Assembly: GCA_041497675.1 (NCBI GenBank)
Contig: JBGQGY010000086.1
Location: 1 to 16,682 of the forward strand
Length of the DNA stretch: 16,682 nucleotides
Direction of reading: 5' to 3'
DNA from: a bacterium
GTDB taxonomy: Bacteria > Sysuimicrobiota > Sysuimicrobiia > Sysuimicrobiales > Humicultoraceae
Within the stretch, counting starts at the first letter, position 1. Each line of letters opens with the position of its first letter. The notes beneath the pieces were generated by a model. The model made no database searches. It saw nothing but the letters and a program-made list of their open reading frames with translations, and had not been told where the DNA came from. Positions 1 to 8,539 of the stretch are shown here, piece by piece. Position numbers and translations under genes: made by a program.

Positions 1-1
1 G

Positions 2-175
2 ATCAAGCCGGGTCTCCACGGCCGGCAGCCCAGCCTCGCCGATCTCCAGGACGGCGATCTGAAGCACAACATCGACTTCCGGTCGGTGTATGCGACCCTG
101 CTCGACAAGTGGCTGGGTGCCGACCCGTCCAAGATCCTGGGCTCGGACTTCGAGCGGGTCCCCTTCTTGGCTTAG
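2..175 (+). CDS. DUF1501 domain-containing protein, C-terminal fragment (5' truncated by window edge)
   Basis: Not in the ORF track. Manual translation of frame 2 gives IKPGLHGRQPSLADLQDGDLKHNIDFRSVYATLLDKWLGADPSKILGSDFERVPFLA*, with TAG at 173-175. This matches the typical DUF1501 C-terminal pattern G.P.L.DL..GDL....DFRSVYAT.L..WLG. Confidence 0.8.
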   Translation: MKPGLHGRQPSLADLQDGDLKHNIDFRSVYATLLDKWLGADPSKILGSDFERVPFLA

Positions 176-207
176 TGGCAACCCCTGCTGTACAATGATC
201 CTGTACA
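167..207 (+). promoter_or_regulatory. Putative TA operon promoter (TTGGCT-N18-TACAAT) with two TGTACA autoregulatory operator boxes
   Basis: TTGGCT at 167-172 and TACAAT at 191-196. TGTACA palindromes at 189-194 and 202-207 overlap the -10 and start region. TGTACA is the known operator core of the yefM-yoeB and axe-txe modules. Confidence 0.75.
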
Positions 208-227
208 TCTCGTCGGAGGGGGTTCTT

Positions 228-515
228 ATGGCAATCCAGACATCTTACACAAAAGCACGGGCAAATCTCGCCCGGCTGTGCGATCTCGCGGCCGCGAACC
301 GCGAAACGGTTATTATCACCCGGCGAGGCGCCCCGCGCGTGGCGCTGATCGCCGCCGATGAACTTACCAGTCTGCTGGAGACGGCTCACCTGCTGAGGGC
401 CCCTAGGAACGCGGAACGGCTTGTCAGGGCGTTGGGGCGCGCGCTCCGGCGGAAAGGGTCCGTGAAGTCGCTCAGTGCCGTTCGCCGAGAGATTGGGCTT
501 GGCAAGGGGAGTTAG
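228..515 (+). CDS. yefM: Type II antitoxin, Phd/YefM family (95 aa)
   Basis: MAIQTSYTKARANLARLCDLAAANRETVIITRRG...LLETAHLLRAPRNAERL carries the Phd/YefM N-terminal signature and the ETAHLL..P.NA.RL motif. SD GGAGG at 215-219 precedes ATG 228, and the gene sits directly upstream of a YoeB toxin. Confidence 0.92.
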   Translation: MAIQTSYTKARANLARLCDLAAANRETVIITRRGAPRVALIAADELTSLLETAHLLRAPRNAERLVRALGRALRRKGSVKSLSAVRREIGLGKGS

Positions 516-780
516 CCGGAAGCGCGAGACAGTCTTTCAGCCCGAGTTCATCGAGGATTTGCGTTACTGGGTGGAGACAGATCGGAAGATCGCCCTTCGG
601 GCATTCGATCTGATCGAGGCGATCGCGCGTGATCCGTACGAGGGCATCGGCAAGCCCGAGCCCCTGAAGTACCTCGCCTCCGGCGTGTGGTCCCGGCGGC
701 TCACACAGGAACATCGGGTCGTCTACCTCGTCAGGAGTGACCGGATCGACTTCTTGCAGGCGAGATACCATTACATCTAG
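499..780 (+). CDS. yoeB: Type II toxin, Txe/YoeB family ribosome-dependent mRNase
   Basis: VFQPEFIEDLRYWVETDRK...RDPYEGIGKPEPLKYL...WSRRLTQEHRVVY...LQARYHY contains the GKPEPL, WSRR...EHR and RYHY YoeB motifs. The start is uncertain: TTG 499 was chosen (17-nt overlap with the antitoxin), while TTG 493 and GTG 475 are alternatives. Confidence 0.92.
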   Translation: MARGVSRKRETVFQPEFIEDLRYWVETDRKIALRAFDLIEAIARDPYEGIGKPEPLKYLASGVWSRRLTQEHRVVYLVRSDRIDFLQARYHYI

Positions 781-798
781 TCAAGGGGCCGGCTAGAC

Positions 799-1593
799 AT
801 GGAGTTTACTGAAACGACCGCGTTCGCACTATCGGTAGCCCGTGAAGCCGCCGATCTCGTCATGCGCATCCTTCCTGAAGGCATGACGTCGAAGAACGTC
901 CGGCACAAGGGACCCAGGGATCTGGTCACCCGCGCGGATCATGAAGCCGAACGGCTGATCACGGCGCGTATCCGGACTCGATTTCCGGATCACGGCATTC
1001 TGGCCGAAGAGGGCACCGCCGTGAGCGGCGATGCGCGCTGGATCGTCGACCCGATCGATGGGACGACGAACTTCGCGCACGGCGTGCCCATGTTCGCGGT
1101 GTCGATCGGGTACGAGGAGCGCGGGACGTTGCGCAGCGGCGTCGTCGTGGTCCCGCCGTTGGGCGAGTTCTTTGTGGCCGAGCGCGGGCTGGGGGCGTTC
1201 CTGATCGTGGGGTCCGCGGAACCGCAGCGGCTCGCCACCTCTCGCGTCGCTGAGTTGAGCGAGGCGCTGATTGCCACGGGACTTCCCGGCGAGCCGGTGC
1301 GCTCCGCGCATGTCGCCACCATTCCGTCGTTCATGCGCGACGCGCAAGAGGTGCGCATCATGGGCACCGCGGCCGCGCACCTGGCCTACGTGGCCGCGGG
1401 GCGGCTGGACGCGTTTTGGGAACCGGGTCTCAATCCGTGGGATGTGGCCGCGGGAATCTTGCTGGTGGAAGAAGCCGGCGGCCGTGTGTCGGACTTCAAG
1501 GGGCGGCCGATGAGCCCGCCGGGCGGCGATATCCTGGCGACCAACGGTCCCCTGCACACCATGCTGTTGGAACGGGTCAGCCGCCGGGCGTAG
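799..1593 (+). CDS. Inositol monophosphatase family protein (SuhB-like)
   Basis: Contains DLVTRAD..AE, LAEE, WIVDPIDGTTNFAHG and PWDVAAG.L.V.EAGG, the IMPase/FIG superfamily motifs. 264 aa. Confidence 0.9.
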   Translation: MEFTETTAFALSVAREAADLVMRILPEGMTSKNVRHKGPRDLVTRADHEAERLITARIRTRFPDHGILAEEGTAVSGDARWIVDPIDGTTNFAHGVPMFAVSIGYEERGTLRSGVVVVPPLGEFFVAERGLGAFLIVGSAEPQRLATSRVAELSEALIATGLPGEPVRSAHVATIPSFMRDAQEVRIMGTAAAHLAYVAAGRLDAFWEPGLNPWDVAAGILLVEEAGGRVSDFKGRPMSPPGGDILATNGPLHTMLLERVSRRA

Positions 1594-2809
1594 CTCCCGC
1601 CGCACCCGCGAGCAGGACGCGCGCGGCCATCGCGAATTGTAGCGCGCCCAGAACCCCCAGAACGGCGTACCCAACCATGAATTCGACGTGCATCCCCCGG
1701 CTCTGATCGCCGAGTGCTGTTGTGAACAGCCCCGGGTCGGCGGCGGCCGCCGCGGCCGAGTGAACCGCAGCGAGGAGGGGCGCGGCGACGAGCACCAATG
1801 ACCACCAGCGCCCAGGGGACACCGGCGATGCGATCGCCCACGACGGCGCGGCCGCGTCGGCGTCGGCGATACCCAGCGTCTGCCGGAGCACCAGCAGGCG
1901 GCGCAGCCGCACAAACGCGGTCAGGGCCAGCGCAGCCGCCACGAGCGGGTAGATCCGCGCCGCCTCATCCATACCGAGTGGAAACCGCCCAAACACCTCG
2001 CGGGCCTTCGCCATCCGCTCCCTCAGCTCGACCTCACTCGCGCGCACCGCCTCGACGCTGGCCGCGATCTCCTGCTGTTGGGTCTTCGCCTGCGCCGATG
2101 CGGTTGCCAGCGTCTTCAACAATCCGCGGAGACCCGACTCGATACGGCGCATGGCCTCGTCGGCCTTTGGCGATGCGGCTCCAAACGTGGCGCCCGGGCG
2201 CTCCCAGCGCTTCCAGAAATAGGGGTCGGCGTCGAAGGCCTGACGCAGGATCTCGTTGAGCGAGATGACGTCCCGTCCTACGGCCCCCCGCGTCTCGCGA
2301 AGCATGCTCTCGACGTCGTGCGGGATATCCTTGATCGAGCGCGCCGATTCGAGGGCCTGGTCGAATGCCGTGGCGAGGGATTCGATCTCCTTGCCGATCT
2401 GCCGTCTGATCGCCTCATCGACGGTAATCGTCTCTTCCTCGGGGGCGGGCTGCGCGCCCTCCTTTGGCACCTTGACGCCGGCCCTGAAGGGATCGCCGGT
2501 GGCCCCGACGACCGCGCGACCGCGCGCAACAAACTCGGCGATGGACTTGCGCAGCCGCTCCGGTCCGGCGGCCAGCGCCTGTCTGAAGGGCGAGAGGGAG
2601 GTCGCTGCAGCCTCGGCGGCTCGTTGGACGTCTTCGCCGGACTTGATCTGCGCCCGCGCCGCGGCCAGTTTGTCGGAGATCACGGGGAGGCCGGCCCGCA
2701 TCCGGAGGTAGGGAGCCACGACGAGGAGGTGAAAGGCGGCCAGCCCGAGCAACAACGCCGCAAAGAACCGGTGAAAGGCGCGGACCTCTGACGCATACCC
2801 CTCGCTCAA
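1577..2809 (-). CDS. Hypothetical membrane protein (410 aa): one N-terminal TM, a large helical/coiled-coil loop and about three C-terminal TMs
   Basis: Long open frame. The probable start is TTG 2809, with SD GGAGG (2820-2816) 6 nt upstream. Hydrophobic segments: FFAALLLGLAAFHLLVVAPYL, IYPLVAAALALTAFV, WWSLVLVAAPLLAAV and FMVGYAVLGVLGALQFAMAA. No family was recognised. Confidence 0.7.
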   Translation of the reverse strand: MSEGYASEVRAFHRFFAALLLGLAAFHLLVVAPYLRMRAGLPVISDKLAAARAQIKSGEDVQRAAEAAATSLSPFRQALAAGPERLRKSIAEFVARGRAVVGATGDPFRAGVKVPKEGAQPAPEEETITVDEAIRRQIGKEIESLATAFDQALESARSIKDIPHDVESMLRETRGAVGRDVISLNEILRQAFDADPYFWKRWERPGATFGAASPKADEAMRRIESGLRGLLKTLATASAQAKTQQQEIAASVEAVRASEVELRERMAKAREVFGRFPLGMDEAARIYPLVAAALALTAFVRLRRLLVLRQTLGIADADAAAPSWAIASPVSPGRWWSLVLVAAPLLAAVHSAAAAAADPGLFTTALGDQSRGMHVEFMVGYAVLGVLGALQFAMAARVLLAGAAGATPGG

Positions 2810-2905
2810 CTGTTGCCTCCCCCCGAAGGTTGGCTTCTCCTCAACCTGAGTTGGCTGTCGGGGTGCCTGATGCCTGCCGTTGATCTCTTGTGACTCTCCA
2901 TGTAC

Positions 2906-2941
2906 TCTATTCTTAGACCGACGCGTCGGTCTAAGAATAGA
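2906..2941. promoter_or_regulatory. Perfect 36-bp palindrome; putative TetR operator overlapping divergent promoters
   Basis: TCTATTCTTAGACCGACG|CGTCGGTCTAAGAATAGA is its own reverse complement with no spacer. It lies in the intergenic region between divergent genes, 23 bp upstream of a TetR gene. The TAGACC...GGTCTA arms resemble TetR-family operators. Confidence 0.85.
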
Positions 2942-2964
2942 ACTTCTTGGGCCGGAGGATGAGT

Positions 2965-3573
2965 GTGGCAAGACGCGCGACGCTCGAATCGGCCACGAAG
3001 GGCCGCCTGCTTCAGGCGGCCATGGATGTCTTTGCCGACCGCGGGTATCACGGGGCCACCGTCGACGATATCGTGGCGGCGTCGGAGACCTCGAAGGGGG
3101 CCTTCTATCACTACTTCCCAAGTAAACAGGGAGTCTTCCTCAGACTGCTCGAGCAGCTCGCCGATCTGATCGAGTCCGGGGTCGAGACAGCCATCGAGCG
3201 TCAGCAGGGGGCGTTGGGAAAGGTCGAGGCCGCGTTGCGCGTCGTGCTCGAGGTGACGTCGGAGCGCCGGGATCTCGCGAGGATCTTGCTCATCGAAGCG
3301 GCCGCGCTCGGGCCTGAGTTCGAACAGAGCCGGGTCGGTATCCATCGCCGGTTTGCGACGCTGATCCAGCGCCACCTCGATCGCGCGGTCGCCGACGGCG
3401 ACATCCCGCCTCAGGATACCGCCCTGGCCTCGGCCGCGTGGATCGGCGCGATCAACGAGGTCATCACACAGGGGCTGGCGTCAGGCAGCGATCTGCTTGT
3501 CGGTGTGGCATCTTTGAAGATGCTCCTGCTGCGGAGCATCGGAGCGACGATCGGCGATGACCGGAATCACTAG
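2965..3573 (+). CDS. TetR/AcrR family transcriptional regulator (about 202 aa)
   Basis: N-terminal HTH RLLQAAMDVFADRGYHGATVDDIVAASETSKGAFYHYFPSKQGVF. SD GGAGG at 2954-2958 lies 6 nt before GTG 2965; the alternative ATG 2959 directly abuts the SD. Confidence 0.93.
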   Translation: MARRATLESATKGRLLQAAMDVFADRGYHGATVDDIVAASETSKGAFYHYFPSKQGVFLRLLEQLADLIESGVETAIERQQGALGKVEAALRVVLEVTSERRDLARILLIEAAALGPEFEQSRVGIHRRFATLIQRHLDRAVADGDIPPQDTALASAAWIGAINEVITQGLASGSDLLVGVASLKMLLLRSIGATIGDDRNH

Positions 3574-5041
3574 CATCGGCAAGACGACCAATTTGAGACG
3601 GGCGGCCGAAGAGGCTGCGGCCGGGCTACGACGCGCGATCGAGACAGCCGCGGCCAAGGCCTCGGACCTGAACGGGCCGGTGCTGGCATGGTCGTCGACG
3701 CGGATGCCCGAGATCGAGGTCCTCGATCTGTTTGCGCGGGCCGCCGCGCTGGCGCAGCCCCGCACACTCTGGATGCGACCCGACGCCGGATTCTCAATCC
3801 TGGCCATTGGCTCGGTCTGGGCGCACGTGAGTGACGGCCCTGCCCGATTCCGAGACGCGGGTCGCGCGTGGCGGGCCCTGAACCGAGCCGCCGTCGGAGA
3901 GTTCGACCTCAGCGCCCCCGTAGCCATGGCTGGTTTCGCGTTCGCGCCACACCGAACGCTCGGCTCTGAGTGGGAGGGCTTTCCAAGCGGGGTGCTCACC
4001 CTGCCGGCCCTCACGGTGCGGCAGACCCGCGCCGGAGCAATCCTTACCCTCGCGTCGGTCGTCAGTCCGCGGGCAGCCGTGTCTGGACAGGGCGAGTTGG
4101 TCCTGACGTGGCTGAGGATCGCGGCGGACGCGATGGCCCGGAACGGCGATGGCGGTGGAGTCATCGAGCGCGACACGACGCCGGGTCGCGAAGCGCTGCG
4201 CATCGCAGACGCCCGTCCCGATGCGACGCGATGGAAGGCGGAGGTGGCCGACGCGGCCCGTGCCGTTCGCAGCGGCGCACTGCGGAAAGTCGTGCTCGCG
4301 CGACAGGTCAAGGTGGAGGGCGTCGGGGCGGCGGAGACCGAGGTAATCGACCGGTTGCGTGAGGAGTATCCGGGATGCGCCGTCTTCGCCGTTGCGCGCG
4401 GAGATCGCTGTTTCCTCGGTGCGACGCCCGAACTGCTGGTTCGCGTGGAGGGCGGCACGGTCATGACGGGCGCCCTCGCGGGGTCCGCGCCGCGGGGCGC
4501 CACAGAGGATGAGGACCGCCGCTTCGGAAATGCGCTGCTCGCCAGCACCAAGGATCGTTTGGAGCACGCGGTCGTCGTGGAGGACCTGCGGCAGACGATC
4601 GACCAGGTGTGTACGGAGGTCTCGGTGGCGAGCCCACCGACCTTGCTGCGTGTTGCCAACGTCCAGCATCTGTTCACGCCTATCACCGGCCGCTTGCAGA
4701 ATCATCTGTGCATCCTCGATCTGGTCGAGCGCCTGCATCCGTCGCCGGCGGTCGGCGGTTTGCCGCGCGAAGCGGCGCTGGCGTGGGTGAGCCGGCACGA
4801 AGGCTTTGACCGGGGCTGGTACGCGGGACCCATCGGCTGGATCGGTCATGATGGTGAAGGTGAGTTTTCGGTGGCGATCCGGTCGGCGCTCCTGCGGGGC
4901 CGAGAGGCGCTGCTGTTCGCGGGGTGTGGGATCATGGCGGATTCCGACCCCGATATGGAGTACAAGGAGTCGCAATTGAAGCTTCGATCGATGTTGTCCG
5001 CGCTCGGGGGCGGCTCGGTGCCGGATCTGGTGGACGTCTGA
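3557..5041 (+). CDS. menF: Isochorismate synthase (menaquinone-specific)
   Basis: Chorismate-binding domain motifs LRKVVLAR, FLGATPELL, ALAGS, KDRLEH, NVQHL, LHPSPAVGG.PR, DRGWYAGPIGW, VAIRS and FAGCGI. First gene of the men cluster. Confidence 0.93.
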   Translation: MTGITSIGKTTNLRRAAEEAAAGLRRAIETAAAKASDLNGPVLAWSSTRMPEIEVLDLFARAAALAQPRTLWMRPDAGFSILAIGSVWAHVSDGPARFRDAGRAWRALNRAAVGEFDLSAPVAMAGFAFAPHRTLGSEWEGFPSGVLTLPALTVRQTRAGAILTLASVVSPRAAVSGQGELVLTWLRIAADAMARNGDGGGVIERDTTPGREALRIADARPDATRWKAEVADAARAVRSGALRKVVLARQVKVEGVGAAETEVIDRLREEYPGCAVFAVARGDRCFLGATPELLVRVEGGTVMTGALAGSAPRGATEDEDRRFGNALLASTKDRLEHAVVVEDLRQTIDQVCTEVSVASPPTLLRVANVQHLFTPITGRLQNHLCILDLVERLHPSPAVGGLPREAALAWVSRHEGFDRGWYAGPIGWIGHDGEGEFSVAIRSALLRGREALLFAGCGIMADSDPDMEYKESQLKLRSMLSALGGGSVPDLVDV

Positions 5042-6832
5042 GTGGCCGCGCCCGAGAACGCCACGTACGCGTACGTCGGCGTGCTCATCGACGAGCTCGC
5101 GCGGTCGGGCGTCAGGCACCTGTGTCTCTGTCCGGGCTCACGGTCAACGCCGATTGCCATCTCTGCGGCGCGGCACCCCGGCCTGCGTGTGTGGACGCTG
5201 ATCGACGAACGATCGGCGGCGTTCTTCGGGTTGGGTCTGGCGAAGGCGACGCGCGCACCGGTCGCCATCCTCTCGACGTCCGGGTCCGCCGCCGCCAACT
5301 TTTTCCCGGCTGTGATCGAGGCGCGTTACGGCCGCACACCGCTCGTCGTGCTGACGGCCGACCGCCCGCACGAGCTGCGGGACACCGGTGCCAACCAGAC
5401 GATCGATCAGATCCGTCTGTACGGCGGGCACGTCAAGTGGTTCGTGGACATGCCCTTGCCGGAGGCCAACGATGCCGCGCTGCGAGCCGTGCGCTCGATC
5501 GCGGGGCAGGCCGTCGCCACGGCGCAGGACGGTCCGGCGGGTCCGGTCCACCTCAACATCCCATTGCGCGAGCCGCTGGTCCCCACGCCCCGACCGGCCG
5601 AGTTGCCGCCGGCGGGCGAGCGGTCTCGCGAAGTCTGGGAAGGGCGCGACGCGGGCCGCCCCTACACCGCGGCCAGCCGGTCACTTCGCGCACCGTCTCC
5701 CGAGACGGCACGGGCGCTGGCCCGCGATCTACGGTCCGCGCGCTGTGGGATCGTGGTCTGCGGGCCGCAGGACGATCCCGCATTTCCAGGCGCCGTCGCG
5801 AAACTGGCGGCCGCGTTGCAGTTTCCGATCCTCGCGGACCCGCTATCACAGGTACGCTGTGGCCCCCACGACCGCACGCTTGTGATCGACGCGTATGACG
5901 CGATGCTGCGTGTTCGGGCGATCGCGGAGGAGTTGACGCCCGACGTCATCGTGAGGTTCGGGTCGACGCCGGCGTCGCGACCGCTGGCCGACTACCTGAC
6001 CCGTCAATCGGGCGCACGGCAGATCGTCGTCGACGAGAACCCGGTATGGACCGATCCGCTGCGTCTGGCTACCGAGGTCGTGCAGGCCGACCCGCGCCTG
6101 GCCTGTGAGACGCTGCTCGCCGCTGCGCCTGCCGGAGGTGCGACGGGCGGCGAGTGGGCTTCGCGCTGGCAGCGCCTCGGCGCACGGGCGAGACGGGCAG
6201 TGCGCGACCGGCTCGCGACGCTCCCCGAGCCCTTTGAGGGCAAGATCTTCGCGCAGTTGGGCGAGACGCTGCCCGACGGCGCGACCGTCTACGTCGGCAA
6301 CAGCATGCCGGTGCGGGATGTGGATTCGTTTTTCGCCGGCACGCCCCGCCGCATCCGATTCGTGGGCAATCGCGGCGCCAGCGGCATCGACGGCGTGATC
6401 TCGAGCGCGCTTGGATTCGCCGCCGCCGCAGGGCCGGTCGTCCTCGTGCTGGGTGACCTGGCATTCTATCATGATATGAACGGGTTACTGGCTGCGAAGC
6501 TGCACCGGCTCGCGGCGACGATCGTCGTTGTCAACAACGACGGTGGGGGCATCTTTTCTTTCCTCCCTCAGGCGCAGCATCCCGAGTATTTCGAGCAACT
6601 CTTCGGCACGCCCACTGGTCTGGACTTTCATCACGCGGCCGAGATGTACGGCGCGTCGTTCGCGCGGGTGGACGGCTGGGAGGTGTTTGACGACGCCATC
6701 CGGCGCGGTGTCGCCTCACACGGTCTGGACATCGTGGAGATGCGCACGGATCGGGCCCGCAACGTCGACCTGCACCGCCAGGTGTGGACGGCGGTAGACG
6801 AGGCGCTGCAGCCTTTGGTACAGGTGAGGTGA
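5042..6832 (+). CDS. menD: SEPHCHC synthase (ThDP-dependent)
   Basis: Motifs [62 protein letters not shown] and [13 protein letters not shown]...[11 protein letters not shown] 5042 immediately follows the menF stop. Confidence 0.96.
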   Translation: MAAPENATYAYVGVLIDELARSGVRHLCLCPGSRSTPIAISAARHPGLRVWTLIDERSAAFFGLGLAKATRAPVAILSTSGSAAANFFPAVIEARYGRTPLVVLTADRPHELRDTGANQTIDQIRLYGGHVKWFVDMPLPEANDAALRAVRSIAGQAVATAQDGPAGPVHLNIPLREPLVPTPRPAELPPAGERSREVWEGRDAGRPYTAASRSLRAPSPETARALARDLRSARCGIVVCGPQDDPAFPGAVAKLAAALQFPILADPLSQVRCGPHDRTLVIDAYDAMLRVRAIAEELTPDVIVRFGSTPASRPLADYLTRQSGARQIVVDENPVWTDPLRLATEVVQADPRLACETLLAAAPAGGATGGEWASRWQRLGARARRAVRDRLATLPEPFEGKIFAQLGETLPDGATVYVGNSMPVRDVDSFFAGTPRRIRFVGNRGASGIDGVISSALGFAAAAGPVVLVLGDLAFYHDMNGLLAAKLHRLAATIVVVNNDGGGIFSFLPQAQHPEYFEQLFGTPTGLDFHHAAEMYGASFARVDGWEVFDDAIRRGVASHGLDIVEMRTDRARNVDLHRQVWTAVDEALQPLVQVR

Positions 6833-6839
6833 CGAGTTC

Positions 6840-7658
6840 ATGCCCGTGACGTGGGAGAAGAATCGCGACTACACCGACATCATCTACGAACATGCCGACG
6901 GCATGGCGAAGATCACGATCAACCGGCCTGAGGTCCGCAACGCGTTCCGGCCCAGGACCGTCGTCGAGTTGATCGACGCCTTTTCGCGCGCGCGGGAGGA
7001 TACGCGCGTGGGGGTGATCCTGTTCACCGGCGCGGGCGGGCAGGCGTTTTGCTCGGGCGGCGATCAGCGCGTGCGTGGTGACGCGGGCTACGTCGACGAT
7101 GAGGGGCTCCCGCGACTCAACGTGCTGGACCTCCAACGGCTGATCCGCATCACCCCCAAACCCGTCATCGCGCTGGTGGCCGGATACGCGATCGGCGGCG
7201 GGCACGTGCTGCACGTGGTATGCGACCTCACCATTGCCGCGGACAACGCCGTCTTCGGTCAGACGGGTCCGAAGGTCGGCAGCTTCGATGCAGGCTATGG
7301 GTCGACGTATCTGGCGAGGATCGTCGGCCACAAGAAGGCGCGCGAGATCTGGTTTCTGTGCCGCCAGTATAATGCGCAGCAGGCGTTGGACATGGGACTG
7401 ATCAACACCGTGGTCCCGCTGGATCAACTCGAGGCCGAGGGGATTCGCTGGGCGCAGGAGATTTTGGCCAAGAGCCCTCTGGCCATCCGGCTGCTCAAGG
7501 CGGCGTTCAACGCCGACACCGACGGGCTGGCGGGCATTCAGCAGCTGGGCGGCGACGCCACGCTGTTGTACTACCTGTCCGAGGAGGCCCAGGAAGGACG
7601 CAACGCGTTTCTGGAAAAACGCAAGCCCGACTTCTCGAAGTTTCCGCGGTATCCGTAG
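6840..7658 (+). CDS. menB: 1,4-dihydroxy-2-naphthoyl-CoA synthase
   Basis: Motifs [70 protein letters not shown] and [17 protein letters not shown] upstream. Confidence 0.98.
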   Translation: MPVTWEKNRDYTDIIYEHADGMAKITINRPEVRNAFRPRTVVELIDAFSRAREDTRVGVILFTGAGGQAFCSGGDQRVRGDAGYVDDEGLPRLNVLDLQRLIRITPKPVIALVAGYAIGGGHVLHVVCDLTIAADNAVFGQTGPKVGSFDAGYGSTYLARIVGHKKAREIWFLCRQYNAQQALDMGLINTVVPLDQLEAEGIRWAQEILAKSPLAIRLLKAAFNADTDGLAGIQQLGGDATLLYYLSEEAQEGRNAFLEKRKPDFSKFPRYP

Positions 7659-7663
7659 ACGCA

Positions 7664-8539
7664 ATGAACCGCCGCCGGGCCTGGGCGCTCGCCGCGCGGG
7701 TGCCGACGCTCCCCGCGGCCGTGGCGCCCGTGATCGTCGGGTCGGCCGCCGCGGTGCACGACGGCCGGTTCGAGTGGATCGGCGCCGCGGGCGCGCTGAT
7801 CGTCTCGCTGGCGATCCAGATCGGCACGAACTTCTCCAACGATGCGTTCGATTTCTTGCGCGGCGCAGATACAGCGCGCCGTCTTGGGCCCCCCAGGGTC
7901 ACGCAGGCGGGTTTGTTGACGGCGCGAGCCGTGCTGAACGGGGCGTATGTCTGTTTCGGTCTGGCCGCCGTGGTCGGCGTGTACTACGTGACGCGGTTTG
8001 GCTGGCCGATCCTCATTGCCGGCCTGCTGTCCATCGCATCGGGTCTGGCGTACACGGGCGGTCCGTGGCCGATCGCCTATCACGCGCTCGGTGAGCTCTT
8101 CGTGTTCGTCTTCTTTGGGCTCGTGGCGGTCGCGGGGACCGCGTTTGTGCAGACCGGCCGCCTCACCCCGCTCGCCCTCGGTGCGGCCGTGCCTGTCGGT
8201 CTGCTCTGCACCGCGATCCTCGTCGTCAACAACCTGCGCGACATCGAGACAGACCGCGCCGCGGGCAAACGCACACTGGCAGTGCTGCTCGGCCCCGGGA
8301 GCACCCGGGCACTGTATCTCGCGTGTCTGGCCGCGGCCGCCGTTTCACCGGCGATGCTGCGCGCGGCGGGACACGTGGGGGGGTACTTTTGGCTGCCGTG
8401 GCTGACGCTGCCGATGATGGTGGCCCTCGCCCGTACGGTGCGCCCGGGCGCCGACGCCGCGGCGTTGAACCGCGCGCTCAGAGGAACGGCCAGGCTGCAC
8501 CTGATCTTCGCGCTGCTACTGGCGACGAGCCTGCTATGA
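7664..8539 (+). CDS. menA: 1,4-dihydroxy-2-naphthoate polyprenyltransferase (UbiA family)
   Basis: Motifs W..AAR..TLPAAVAPV, QIGTNFSNDAFDF.RGAD, YTGGP.P.AY..LGE and VNNLRDIETD..AGKRTLAV. Multi-pass membrane protein. Confidence 0.95.
   Translation: MNRRRAWALAARVPTLPAAVAPVIVGSAAAVHDGRFEWIGAAGALIVSLAIQIGTNFSNDAFDFLRGADTARRLGPPRVTQAGLLTARAVLNGAYVCFGLAAVVGVYYVTRFGWPILIAGLLSIASGLAYTGGPWPIAYHALGELFVFVFFGLVAVAGTAFVQTGRLTPLALGAAVPVGLLCTAILVVNNLRDIETDRAAGKRTLAVLLGPGSTRALYLACLAAAAVSPAMLRAAGHVGGYFWLPWLTLPMMVALARTVRPGADAAALNRALRGTARLHLIFALLLATSLL

Noticed and set aside
176..798. TA module as a mobile cassette or recent insertion
   Set aside because: No convincing flanking direct or inverted repeats, att site, integrase or transposase were seen. 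It can only be called a chromosomal TA pair.
829..1914. 361-aa minus-strand ORF over the IMPase gene
   Set aside because: Antisense shadow of a well-supported gene, Arg-rich with no recognisable domain.
2806..2901. 31-aa upstream ORF on the minus strand (MESHKRSTAG...GGGNS) whose TGA overlaps the TTG start of the membrane protein gene
   Set aside because: It has no SD, and its ATG lies only 2 nt past the best -10 candidate (TAGAGT), so it would be upstream of the transcription start. It has no recognisable leader-peptide composition.
2810..3121. N-terminal extension of the 514-aa ORF-track call 1577..3121
   Set aside because: It runs through the operator palindrome and antisense into the TetR HTH. 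A good SD supports TTG 2809 instead.
3481..7664. Long antisense or alternative-frame ORFs over menF, menD and menB (3481..4686, 3794..5119, 4924..5898, 6531..7664)
   Set aside because: Shadow ORFs expected from high GC and codon bias opposite clearly identified genes. They have no motifs of their own.
8323..8535. ORF-track N-terminal extension of menE (and similarly menG from 9930 and nth from 13642)
   Set aside because: These extensions overlap neighbouring genes. ATGA-coupled or downstream starts fit the family lengths better.
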